From contig PBTH01000020.1 of the NCBI GenBank assembly GCA_002726495.1, positions 6,650 through 70,649 of the forward strand: 64,000 bases of DNA, given 5' to 3'. The notes under the pieces are model-generated. The model was not told where the DNA came from and searched no databases. It worked only from the letters and a program-made list of their open reading frames with translations. Position numbers and translations under genes: made by a program. The stretch comes from Methanobacteriota archaeon (GTDB lineage Archaea; Thermoplasmatota; Poseidoniia; Poseidoniales; Poseidoniaceae). This document shows positions 9,208-18,873 of the stretch, piece by piece; position 1 is the stretch's first letter, and the number at the start of each line of letters is the position of its first letter.

Positions 9208-12200
9208 ATGGGAAGAATAGGTGCATCCGATATGTCCCAGAAATTAAAAGCAAAAAGTTTCTCAATTGTAACGCTCTTCTTGTTGTCGTCATTGTTGGGG
9301 CTCGTAGCACTTCCAACAGCTTCTGCTGTGAATGAAACAACAAAGGGTACAATCACTGGTGTAGAAACCTGGACGGGTACAATGAACCTTCAAGGTGACA
9401 TTGAAGTGGCGGAAGGTGCAAAACTGGTCGTCAACGCTGGAACCACTGTCAACATCCCATACGGAAATTACATCGATGTCAAAGGTGCTATTTGTATTGG
9501 TGATTCGGCTTGCGGTGCGAGTGCGGGTTCTTCATCCAACCAAGCCAGATTCATCTGGAGCACACCAAGCGATTATTCCGAAAATGGGTGGTGTCTTAAC
9601 AATCAATCACAGTTACTCAACAATCCCGATACGGCTTGTGGCTCAGGAATGATTATTCGTGATACCATTGACCAATCTTTGACTTCACTCAATTATGCGC
9701 ACTTCGAAAACGGTTATGGCCACCCCACCTACGTCGCAACACTGCAACAAGTTCAGTACGGTGTTCTCGTCTTTGACGGATCAAGCACCACTGCTCGTGG
9801 ATTGACATTCAAGGATACCAATACCTCAAACGTTCTTGCAATTGACTTTGCTTCACCAACCATCACTGACTCCGAGTTTGAACTTGGTATTGACGGTCAA
9901 GGCTACGATGCAGCTGCAGTTCGTGCATACGGTGCAGGTGCTGGAATTTTGTCAACCTTCAAACTTTCAACTTCTGTGTTTACTGGAAACGATGCTGATT
10001 GTGGCAATCAAGGTGGAGGCCGTGCTGTGATTTACATTGAGGACAGTTATGTGGACATGGACGACCTCGAAATCAAAGAAAACGCATACGGTGTTCTCTT
10101 GAAACAAAGTTCTGGCTCATTGACCAATTCCGATCTTACTGTAAAGTGCAACGCAATCGATACAAATTCATTGAAAACAACGGGCACCATCAACCATCTT
10201 CTGACCGTCAACGATAACACCATCACGACCGAGGAAGGAGCAGGTATCACGGCTTATGACGGTGCAAATGTCTACGCTGAGGGCAACACAATATCAGGCG
10301 CCAGTGAAGGATCCGGTGTTGGTATCCGTTCATCAACCGTTGAGTTACACGACAACGTCATTGGCCCAATCGGTGGATGGAACGGTCTTTGGATTTACGG
10401 AACATCAGATGTCATTGCTGAAAACAATACCATCAAAGAAGCCACGAAAGAAGCTGTCCTCATCGGTGAATACCACTATCAGGACCAAGGTTGGCAAGTC
10501 CCAGCCCCTACAGCAGCTCGTCTTTACTTTGCAAATAACATCATCCAGAACAGCAGTGGAACTTGTAATTCCCAAATTTATGGCGGTGATTTCGCCTGTC
10601 CTGCAATTCACGTGTTCATGTCTTCTGCGACAATAATGGACAATACAATTACTGGCAATACTGGAGATATCATTCGAGCGAAGGGCGGCCTTGTCAATGT
10701 CCAACGCAATACTGCCGATTCAGCCGGTGGATTTGCAGGAAACATCTCAATGTATGATAACAACTACGGAGACAAATACGGTTCAGTTGCATACTTCTCA
10801 GGAAATACTTGGACAGGAGTTTCTCAAGTTTACAATGTTACAGAATCTCGTGTCACCGTCCAGAGTGAACAGATTCCGTCTCCTGGCTATGGGGAACTTT
10901 ACCCTGTCTCGATCAGTTGGGAAGGAGCCGAGTGCCCATTCGTTCAAACCGAATGCTTGCAACTTCCTGGAACGGCAGTGCTTCCTCCTGCTCAAATGCC
11001 TTTGGCCATTGAACTGGTTGACAATGCAACGGTCTTCTCTTATGCAGATTTGCAAAACTTTGATTCTTCTATGATACATGTCCAAAACCAAAACACAGCA
11101 TGGGGTTCCCAAGTTCGTGAAGGTGAACTGGTTCGCTACCAAGTCAAGGCAAAGAACAGCAACGTGCAAGGGGCGACCGTCGTCATCAAGGATGCAACAG
11201 GTCTACCGCTTTACGAATTGACAACCGATGCCTTTGGATTCACACAGCAGGTATCCCTGCCATCCGATTTCTTATTGGACCGCAATTGGAATCACCAAGT
11301 TGGAGATAAGAATGCAATCATTCCAGGTTCTGGAAATCCGCCAGTGACCATTGACGAAGATTCCTGTGCTGACGGCATTGATAACGATGGCGACACAATG
11401 ATTGACGGCGATGATGCCGATTGTATCAATGGACGAGAAATGCCATTCTACAGTGTTGAAGCCTTCAAGTTCGGCAGCGGTACTAAGGACTTCTCATACG
11501 TTCTCTCCGGACCTATTGACGATGTCATCAATTTGGACAATCTACGCCCAAGTGTTAGTGTGACACAACAAGACGGAGTGTCCTTTGCAACCACGGTCTC
11601 TCTCACCGGACAGTCTTGGGATGGCGTGAAGTGGCCATATGCCAATGATAACACGGCGAATCAGAAGCAGTTTGGAACGATCACTGCTGTAGAAGTTCAA
11701 CCACCAGGCACCAACGATTGGTACTCTGCTGTTGACACTTCTGGCGCCAATGGAGTCATCACAATGGAAAACCATCCCTTCAAGGATTGGTCATTTGATT
11801 GGGACATGTCTGCTCACCCTGAAGGTGAAGGCGATGTCACGTTCCGTGTCCGTTCCTATGACGGATTGGATTATTCTCCAGTAACCGTTCGATTGTACAA
11901 ACTGAACCTTGTTGCGCCAACCATCGTGGTCGACGTTCCAAACACAGGAAGTACGCACACCAATGGTAAAGTGCTTTTCCAAGGAACTGCTTCAGACCCA
12001 TACTCTGGAACATACGGTAGCGATGTCAAAAAGATCTGGTTCCACATAACAAGTGTTGAGAATGACTATGTGTCTCACTTTTACACTGAAGGTTCAACAA
12101 GCTGGTCATACGAATGGGACTTCAGCGAATTGCTTTCAGGTGAATACACCTTTGAGGTCTGGGCATCGGACAGTGATTTCTGTATCGATCAAGCAGTATC

Positions 12201-13614
12201 CGTAAGCGAAGGCGGCGTTTGTGTTATAGAAACACGCGTCCTCAACATCGTTAACGAAAACACCCCGCCTCAACTGCAACTTTCATGGATTGGTTCAGCC
12301 GACCAAAGCACCGGCGGTGTTGATGGAGGAACCATACGTGCAAGTACAGAAACAACCATTGTTGGTGTTGCTCGTGACATTGGTGGACAAGTGACCCGTG
12401 TTGAAATTGACATCGTAGAATTAGCAACCAGTATCACGCTCAACAACGGTCCACTCCCAGTAACTTCATTCAATCCTGATGGGTCATGGGTTGCTATTTG
12501 GGACACTTCCAAACTGGACAACGATGGTGTCTACGAAGTGACCGTACGTGCATACGATGGTGAAGATTACTCGCCCGACAGCGTCTGGAGAATGAAGATT
12601 AACAATCCAATTAATGCTGAAAACTTAGACCCAGTATTCAATGAAACTGGTTGGGTAGGTTCCATTACAATCTTCTGTGATGTTCAATCAAATTCAATCG
12701 ACAGATGCGGTGGAGGCGCTTCAATTGACCTCACGCAGTTCTTCAGCGACCCTGACGGAATCGGTGAGACAGCCGATGCATTGGAATTCTTCATTCTCGA
12801 TAATGAAGATACCCTTGAAGACGACAGTTATCAGACAGACATACGAATCACCTCTTCTGGAATCGCCATTTACGACCCTATGGAGGGTAAGGCACAAACA
12901 ACGAGCGAGATTTCTGAATGGTCGTTAAACGGTGTTATGTTCTACGCTGAAGACGTTCAAGAATCCAAGGTTTACGCCACGGTGAAGGTAAACTTCCTCG
13001 TAAGGGGCGTGGCGTTCAGTGCAGAGAGAGTCGACGAAGGACCAATCACTCCAAGTGATCCGGCGACCTTCCGAGGAGAAGGTCTCCCTGGAAGCACGGT
13101 GAATATTCGCTTCGCTAATGGAAATGCAAAGCTCAATTCAACCCGTGTATTGTCTGATGGGACATGGGAAATGGACCTGACAAACAGTCAGCTTGGTATT
13201 GAAGGAAATGAAGAAGTCATCTTCGAAATGGACGGTCAAGTGTTCAAATTTGCGGGCCAAACTGAAGATGGCGAATTTAGCATCGTAGTTTCCAGCGGAA
13301 TAGATGAAGATTCATCTCTCTTAACGATCATTTTGGTGGTTGGAGCGATTGTTGTTCTCTTGGGCGTGGGCGCATTCTTCTTCGTTGAATTTGAAGAAAT
13401 ACCTGACATTTCCGAAGAAGAAGAGGCACTTCTTGAAGTTGCAGAAGACCCCTATGCATGGGCCAAGGCAAAACAAACACCAACTATTCCTCAACAAGAA
13501 GCGGCTCCTGCAGAACCCGAACAACAGGTCGCAGAGACATCAACTCACCCGGGTTGGATTTGGGACCAAGCCACAAACCAGTGGGTTCCGGACCCAAATT
13601 ACTCAGCTGAGTAG
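9208..13614 (+). CDS. Giant surface protein with an N-terminal parallel beta-helix-like repeat region, Ig-like domains, a C-terminal TM anchor and a cytoplasmic tail
   Basis: 1,468-aa ORF. The signal peptide 'MSQKLKAKSFSIVTLFLLSSLLGLVALPTASA' suggests the start is at ATG 9232. Repeated short 'N.I..N / G..I' turns typical of right-handed beta-helices span about nt 9330-10890. A Cys-bounded acidic motif 'CADGIDNDGDTMIDGDDADC' lies at nt 11364-11424. The TM helix 'LLTIILVVGAIVVLLGVGAFFFV' is followed by an acidic, Pro-rich tail. Confidence 0.8.
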   Translation: MGRIGASDMSQKLKAKSFSIVTLFLLSSLLGLVALPTASAVNETTKGTITGVETWTGTMNLQGDIEVAEGAKLVVNAGTTVNIPYGNYIDVKGAICIGDSACGASAGSSSNQARFIWSTPSDYSENGWCLNNQSQLLNNPDTACGSGMIIRDTIDQSLTSLNYAHFENGYGHPTYVATLQQVQYGVLVFDGSSTTARGLTFKDTNTSNVLAIDFASPTITDSEFELGIDGQGYDAAAVRAYGAGAGILSTFKLSTSVFTGNDADCGNQGGGRAVIYIEDSYVDMDDLEIKENAYGVLLKQSSGSLTNSDLTVKCNAIDTNSLKTTGTINHLLTVNDNTITTEEGAGITAYDGANVYAEGNTISGASEGSGVGIRSSTVELHDNVIGPIGGWNGLWIYGTSDVIAENNTIKEATKEAVLIGEYHYQDQGWQVPAPTAARLYFANNIIQNSSGTCNSQIYGGDFACPAIHVFMSSATIMDNTITGNTGDIIRAKGGLVNVQRNTADSAGGFAGNISMYDNNYGDKYGSVAYFSGNTWTGVSQVYNVTESRVTVQSEQIPSPGYGELYPVSISWEGAECPFVQTECLQLPGTAVLPPAQMPLAIELVDNATVFSYADLQNFDSSMIHVQNQNTAWGSQVREGELVRYQVKAKNSNVQGATVVIKDATGLPLYELTTDAFGFTQQVSLPSDFLLDRNWNHQVGDKNAIIPGSGNPPVTIDEDSCADGIDNDGDTMIDGDDADCINGREMPFYSVEAFKFGSGTKDFSYVLSGPIDDVINLDNLRPSVSVTQQDGVSFATTVSLTGQSWDGVKWPYANDNTANQKQFGTITAVEVQPPGTNDWYSAVDTSGANGVITMENHPFKDWSFDWDMSAHPEGEGDVTFRVRSYDGLDYSPVTVRLYKLNLVAPTIVVDVPNTGSTHTNGKVLFQGTASDPYSGTYGSDVKKIWFHITSVENDYVSHFYTEGSTSWSYEWDFSELLSGEYTFEVWASDSDFCIDQAVSVSEGGVCVIETRVLNIVNENTPPQLQLSWIGSADQSTGGVDGGTIRASTETTIVGVARDIGGQVTRVEIDIVELATSITLNNGPLPVTSFNPDGSWVAIWDTSKLDNDGVYEVTVRAYDGEDYSPDSVWRMKINNPINAENLDPVFNETGWVGSITIFCDVQSNSIDRCGGGASIDLTQFFSDPDGIGETADALEFFILDNEDTLEDDSYQTDIRITSSGIAIYDPMEGKAQTTSEISEWSLNGVMFYAEDVQESKVYATVKVNFLVRGVAFSAERVDEGPITPSDPATFRGEGLPGSTVNIRFANGNAKLNSTRVLSDGTWEMDLTNSQLGIEGNEEVIFEMDGQVFKFAGQTEDGEFSIVVSSGIDEDSSLLTIILVVGAIVVLLGVGAFFFVEFEEIPDISEEEEALLEVAEDPYAWAKAKQTPTIPQQEAAPAEPEQQVAETSTHPGWIWDQATNQWVPDPNYSAE

Positions 13615-13639
13615 TGTTTGCTAGAGCAGGGTGTTTTGA

Positions 13640-16165
13640 ATGGCGGTTCAACCGAAACCCGGTGTTCAAGAGAGAATTCTCTTGCATCTTCTCGACTATT
13701 CTGACTTCAAAAGCAGTATTGAAGTTCCTTTCGCCCTGTCGCAAATGGGAATTGCAAACGCAGTGGCTATTGCTCGATCCAATGTTCCTAGAGCGATCTC
13801 TGGTCTCAAAGAACAAGGTATCTTGGTAGAACGGCAAGCCCACGTAAAGGGAGTTTCAAGAAAAAGAAAAGCGTACTTCCTCACCGATAGCGGCGTGATT
13901 ATGGCTTCAGAAACATGGGCCAGACTATCGGATTTTCCAGTGCGCTGTATTCTTGATGAGGGAAGTCCTGTTGAAAGCACATTGGGTGGAATTAAATCGA
14001 TCTTACCATTTGAGATGAGGCCTGTCGATGTGATTCGTTACATGGATGAGCACGGTTGTCTGGACTCAAGGTCGCTTTCCCAGGACCTTGTTGAACGGGA
14101 CTTGTCGAAACATGTTGAGAAGCAACTGGTTACTTCTCTTGCGGACCTCCCAAGGCTTCGTCATTTCTACGGTAGAACGACTGAATTGGACAACATGGTC
14201 AATCTTATTGAAGCCCGAGCAACAACGCTCCTCGTTCCAGGAATTGCAGGGATTGGTAAAACCACGGTCGCTTCCAAATTGATTGAGCGTTTTATGCATC
14301 GTCGAAATTTACTCTATCACCGTTGTCAAGATTGGGAAGGGTCTCGCTCATTTTTTGAGTCAATCGCAGATTGGTTGTCCAGTATGGGGAATTCCGAATT
14401 CGCAAGTTATCTTGCTGCGACCCCAATACCACAGCCTGCTGATGCTGCTCGTTTGCTCATTGAAGCATTGGAAGGTGCTCCGTCCTTGGTTGTTATTGAT
14501 GACTTTCACAAGGTCTCGGACTTGGTTCTTCACCAAACGTTCCAAGCAATGTCGTTAGCATTACTCGGTAGCGAAGAAAAAATTGGACTTGTCATCTTCT
14601 CTCGCTCATTCAAACCAGTGGTTCCAACAAAGGATGCTGAGGGTAGAATCGCAAGTTTAGTTCTTCCATTGGATGGTCTGGATCCGGATTCTGGTAGGAA
14701 ATTGCTCAGCAGTTTTTCAAACTTAGAAGACGAACAGTGGCTCCATATTCACGGGTTATCTCGAGGGCACCCGCTCGTTCTTGAACTCATCAACCGTGGA
14801 GCATCAGCGGGTGCATTCCACGAAACGCTTGAGAACTACGTGACAGTAGAAATTTTCTCAAAGCTGAGCGCAGAACAAAAGCGTGTGCTATCTGCCCTAT
14901 CGATTTACAGAGAGCCTATGGTTTTGGATGCGCTCGCTATGCAGCAGTTGGACACGGATGAATTGGATAACTTGGTTGAATCTGGACTTGCGAGACAGGC
15001 CGATTCCACAACATACGATGTACACGATTTGATTCGTGAATTTTTGCTAAGAAGTCTTTCACCTGCTCTGAAAGAAGAATTTCATGGTAAATGCATGGAA
15101 TGGTACGAAAAACAGTCTCCATCCAACGAAGTTTCAATCGAACTGATCTACCACTCAATTCAATCGAACCAATTTGATGTTGCCTCGTCAATACTTATGG
15201 ACAAAGGACGCCACCTCATCTCTCAAGGGCACATGGAACTTCTGGGATTGATTGAGCTCATTGATACGGATGGATTGAAGAAGAATACTGTAGTTTTACT
15301 TGGGCAACTTCAAGGAGACATCCTTGCACTTCTCGGTCGTCTATCTGAGGCTGAAGAGATCTTGACAAAGGCCTTGGAAGGTGCAAAGGAATCAAAGAAC
15401 TCCTCCATTGAAGCAGAAATTCTCTCATCACTGGCTGATGTTAGTCGGAAACAGGGCAACAGCGATATTGCTTTGGCTCGTCATAAAGACGCGCTCAAAC
15501 ATTATATCGGTCAAGGAAACGCTATGTGGGCAGCCAGAACCTACAACAACATTGGATATCTATTGCGAAGAAAAAATGAGCGAAATAAGGCCTTGGAGGC
15601 TTATGGTGAGGTTGAAACCATCCTCGCTCAATCCAAGGGAGACGAACTGTTGTCCAGCCAAATCACGCTTGCTCGCGCACTCATTGACCTTGGCGAAGTG
15701 GACCGGGCACGTGAACATGCCATGGATGCTCACGAGGCTACAGAAGCCTTGGGTGATGCAGCCCTTCATGCTCGTGCGCAAGGAGTGCTGGGTAGATATT
15801 ATTCACGAGTTGAGCAATCCGAACTTGCAATGTTCCATTACAATGCTGCCTTAGAGGCGATGAATGACGCAGGAGATCTCCACTCGCTGGTTGAAATTAC
15901 GATTCTTTTGGGTGAAGTTCTCCATGATGCGGGCCGAACCGAAGAAGCGATGGAGCATTATCGAGAAGCTCTTGTTATTGCTGAAGCGAACGACTTGAGA
16001 ATGCAAATAGGAGAACTTCTTACTCGCCTCGGAGGTGTTGCCCCTGACCGTCAAGGACGCATGGAATATCTTCAACGAGCTCTTTCTGTATTCCGTGAAT
16101 TGGGAGCACGTTCTCGGATGAAAGAAGTGCAAACATTGGTTCACCGTGCAGTGATGGGACGCTAA
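13640..16165 (+). CDS. STAND-class regulator: N-terminal winged-helix domain, NB-ARC/AAA_16-like NTPase and C-terminal TPR array
   Basis: The N-terminus has a wHTH-like segment. 'FYGRTTEL' precedes the Walker A 'GIAGIGKTT' (nt 14240-14266). The Walker B is 'LVVIDDFH'. A 'GHPLVLELI' segment resembles the NB-ARC GLPLAL motif. The C-terminal ~280 aa carry TPR-like repeats ('AARTYNNIGYLLRR', 'ALEAYGE...'). Confidence 0.8.
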   Translation: MAVQPKPGVQERILLHLLDYSDFKSSIEVPFALSQMGIANAVAIARSNVPRAISGLKEQGILVERQAHVKGVSRKRKAYFLTDSGVIMASETWARLSDFPVRCILDEGSPVESTLGGIKSILPFEMRPVDVIRYMDEHGCLDSRSLSQDLVERDLSKHVEKQLVTSLADLPRLRHFYGRTTELDNMVNLIEARATTLLVPGIAGIGKTTVASKLIERFMHRRNLLYHRCQDWEGSRSFFESIADWLSSMGNSEFASYLAATPIPQPADAARLLIEALEGAPSLVVIDDFHKVSDLVLHQTFQAMSLALLGSEEKIGLVIFSRSFKPVVPTKDAEGRIASLVLPLDGLDPDSGRKLLSSFSNLEDEQWLHIHGLSRGHPLVLELINRGASAGAFHETLENYVTVEIFSKLSAEQKRVLSALSIYREPMVLDALAMQQLDTDELDNLVESGLARQADSTTYDVHDLIREFLLRSLSPALKEEFHGKCMEWYEKQSPSNEVSIELIYHSIQSNQFDVASSILMDKGRHLISQGHMELLGLIELIDTDGLKKNTVVLLGQLQGDILALLGRLSEAEEILTKALEGAKESKNSSIEAEILSSLADVSRKQGNSDIALARHKDALKHYIGQGNAMWAARTYNNIGYLLRRKNERNKALEAYGEVETILAQSKGDELLSSQITLARALIDLGEVDRAREHAMDAHEATEALGDAALHARAQGVLGRYYSRVEQSELAMFHYNAALEAMNDAGDLHSLVEITILLGEVLHDAGRTEEAMEHYREALVIAEANDLRMQIGELLTRLGGVAPDRQGRMEYLQRALSVFRELGARSRMKEVQTLVHRAVMGR

Positions 16166-16642
16166 TCATTGGACTGCTTGTGGCCGATCAAGGGTTACAG
16201 TAGTGGCCCCATTTTCATGAACTACCCATATTCGTTCAGCACCTGCTAATGGGATTTCTCCACTGTGTGCTCCGCTTCCAGTGCCTGAAAGAAGGACTTC
16301 CATGTCAAGAGGGCCGCCTTTGTCAATTAATTCAAGTGAAGTGTCAGTCAGTCGAATGTAAAACAGGGATTCGTCAGCCTCTGTAGGCCTCCAAGAAACC
16401 GATTCAGCATAACTCACATTGCCAATTCGACTTGCTTCATCAGCCCGCTCAATGGCGGCTGCCAAGTCGTTCATGTTCGCCTCAACCGCCTCTTCATTCC
16501 AACGCAAACGGGTATTGGTTTCAATGTCCCATGCCCATACACTGAACATGGTCATGAGCAATACTCCGAGCAGAAATGTGAACACATAACCAAGTTCAGT
16601 AGCAGCTGCACGCATGTCTCTTGACAATCTTACTTGTTTCAT
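16166..16642 (-). CDS. Small protein with an N-terminal class III (type IV pilin-like) signal or TM segment
   Basis: N-terminus 'MKQVRLSRDMRAAATELGYVFTFLLGVLLMTMF': a charged stretch followed by one hydrophobic helix. The start ATG overlaps the upstream gene's stop (ATGA at 16639-16642). Confidence 0.5.
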   Translation of the reverse strand: MKQVRLSRDMRAAATELGYVFTFLLGVLLMTMFSVWAWDIETNTRLRWNEEAVEANMNDLAAAIERADEASRIGNVSYAESVSWRPTEADESLFYIRLTDTSLELIDKGGPLDMEVLLSGTGSGAHSGEIPLAGAERIWVVHENGATTVTLDRPQAVQ

Positions 16643-18873
16643 GTCATGGCCTCCCGAGTCGTTACATCAAGTGATGAGAGTTGCAATGTAAATTCTATTG
16701 CCTGGCCGTTTGTATGCCAAACTGCCTCAGATGTTCCGTAACTTGGATCCGGTACCCAGCCTACATAATCCGTTAACAAGTCAAGTCTTCCCGGATATAC
16801 AGTCCAATCTTCACTTGCTTCAAGTCCTATTCCTGCACTGTCGGCGATTGCAGAACCATAGGGTGCTGACCATCCTCGCCGAACTTCATATGCAGGGGTT
16901 GAAGCCAATGATATACGATGTACAAGTTCAATGTCAAGTTCTAATATTCCAGCCCCTGATGCACTATCTGCAGTTGGATGGAGTGAAGGAATGGTTGCTG
17001 CAAAGCGAGGTCCGGGGCCACCTCGGTCTGAAGGAGGGACCACTACATAGGGTTGGAATTCAGGGTGGTTTGTGACAACAGCACCTCCACTGAATGCAAC
17101 CTCCATGCCGACAACAGACGACTGGAATTGGTAAGCGAGTCGTGACAGATGGAAGGCCCAAACGGTTCCGATTGTAGCATGGGTTGAGGTTCCATCACTT
17201 CCAAGAACTTCAATGGATACACTCGATGGATGGCGACCTTCTCGCCAGGCCTCTTGCAGGTCGATTTCTCCTCTTCCTCCCATGCGCTCCCACGGCAAAT
17301 CTGTGGTAATCCAGCCGCTTGCTTGGGTTCCGATGGCGTTGCACCGTTGCTCACCATCGTGTGGGAGGTGGTACAAGCCATTTGAACCACCAAAACGAGT
17401 CAGCCTTAGCGGATGTCCCTTTTCTACGCTTATGTTGGTTGTACCTTCGTTCAAGGTCAAGTTGTGACGGTTATTGTTGTCAAGGAATACACCGGTTTCA
17501 TTGGCGACTCCACTCGCATTCCATGTTGAAGTATAGCCTGCAAGAGCGAGAGTAAATTGTTCGGCTGTCGTGTTGTCAGTGTTCATGTAGGAAAATGAAG
17601 CACCTGAGAGCGAACCTGTATCTTCGGCTGGAATCATCGTAATTCCTGATACGGAATCGGTAATGGTTGTTGCTCCCGATGCCGCCCATGTCACGAACAC
17701 GTCTCCGTCAGCATCGATGGTCGGTGCACCGGTGATTTGCCCCGGAGGCCATGCCATTTCTTCAACTGAATTGGGTTGGACGGAAATCCCTCCTCCTCTC
17801 CAAGTAACGGTAACGATGGTGGCTCCAGGATTCGTGAATCGAAGTGTGCCTTCAGCATTTGGTGGAAGGAAGGAATGGCCGAGATAGGCGCCGGTTGTAG
17901 CTGGCCAAGATGTTATTCCAGATTCGTTGTCAACAGCAGAATTGTACATCATCCGAGATGGTGCGCTGGTGGTGATTTGAACCACCTGATCGGCAGTAAG
18001 ATTCAATTCGTGATCAAAGGAAACTGCGGTTCTGGCCATATTGCTGGGTTGTGCATAATACAATTCGGTTCCAGTTGAGGTCGCAATCTGGATTTGATTT
18101 GCATGCTCACTCAGGATATGGATTTGGGAACGACCCGATTCCATAGGTATGGACCAGGCATGTCCCATTTTGTCCGAAGGTTCTCGGTCCGTTGGTTCCA
18201 GATAGGTTGCTCCTCCAGTTCCTTTTTGCGCCAATACAACCAGTTCATGGCTTGAAGAGACCGTCACGGTTCCGTATTGTGAGAGGTCAAAGACTTCCAT
18301 GTCATCAACTCGAAGGTCCGTTGTGAGCAAGTCGGTTCCCGATTCGCTTAATGTCACATCAACAGGGCCAAGAGGCATTGCAAGGCCCGGCGCAACCGAA
18401 ACAATGGCCTTGTCAATTTGCTCATCAAGTGTGTAGAAGTAATGCTTGTCAGGGCCTTGCCGTAGGTCTGTAATGCAGACAGAAGAAACGAATGACTCCG
18501 GATGACGGATTTCAAGCGTATCATCAAAATCCAACGCTCCTCTTGCTCTAAGGCTCATGTCCTCCTGCCATGTTGCCGAGTACCACATGCCTCCTCGGAG
18601 GGAATCCCAGACAAGTGTTCCGTCAACTGGGATGAGTGTTGCTTGTGCAGAATCTCCAGGCATGCCTCGTTCGCTAAGTTCTGAGGTCTCATGAGCGAGG
18701 AGCGTCATTTGCGCCGACATGTCATGGCGTTCAATAGAACCTTCCAGCTCCTCAATCACCGGCATCAAAGAAACCATCATCAAGCCGATAATAGAAAGAA
18801 CTCCACCAAACAAAAGGACAGTGGCAACTGCTGCCGAAACCGCCTCTTCTTCCCGAGTTAGATTGTGCTTCAA
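16639..18873 (-). CDS. Large (744 aa) pilin-like or adhesin-like protein with a class III signal peptide-like N-terminus
   Basis: N-terminus 'KHNLTREEEAVSAAVATVLLFGGVLSIIGLMMVSL' matches the archaeal pilin N-terminal pattern (AVS....hydrophobic helix). A TTG start overlaps the upstream stop (TTGA). No internal Met would preserve the helix. Confidence 0.55.
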   Translation of the reverse strand: MKHNLTREEEAVSAAVATVLLFGGVLSIIGLMMVSLMPVIEELEGSIERHDMSAQMTLLAHETSELSERGMPGDSAQATLIPVDGTLVWDSLRGGMWYSATWQEDMSLRARGALDFDDTLEIRHPESFVSSVCITDLRQGPDKHYFYTLDEQIDKAIVSVAPGLAMPLGPVDVTLSESGTDLLTTDLRVDDMEVFDLSQYGTVTVSSSHELVVLAQKGTGGATYLEPTDREPSDKMGHAWSIPMESGRSQIHILSEHANQIQIATSTGTELYYAQPSNMARTAVSFDHELNLTADQVVQITTSAPSRMMYNSAVDNESGITSWPATTGAYLGHSFLPPNAEGTLRFTNPGATIVTVTWRGGGISVQPNSVEEMAWPPGQITGAPTIDADGDVFVTWAASGATTITDSVSGITMIPAEDTGSLSGASFSYMNTDNTTAEQFTLALAGYTSTWNASGVANETGVFLDNNNRHNLTLNEGTTNISVEKGHPLRLTRFGGSNGLYHLPHDGEQRCNAIGTQASGWITTDLPWERMGGRGEIDLQEAWREGRHPSSVSIEVLGSDGTSTHATIGTVWAFHLSRLAYQFQSSVVGMEVAFSGGAVVTNHPEFQPYVVVPPSDRGGPGPRFAATIPSLHPTADSASGAGILELDIELVHRISLASTPAYEVRRGWSAPYGSAIADSAGIGLEASEDWTVYPGRLDLLTDYVGWVPDPSYGTSEAVWHTNGQAIEFTLQLSSLDVTTREAMT

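Noticed and set aside
16160-16170. Directly abutting or near-abutting stop codons of convergent genes (16165/16166 and 46812/46813 with no gap; 38726/38728 with a 1-nt gap)
   Set aside because: This is real, but it most likely reflects genome compaction rather than a specific element. There is no room for a shared structured terminator, and I can attach no testable function to it.
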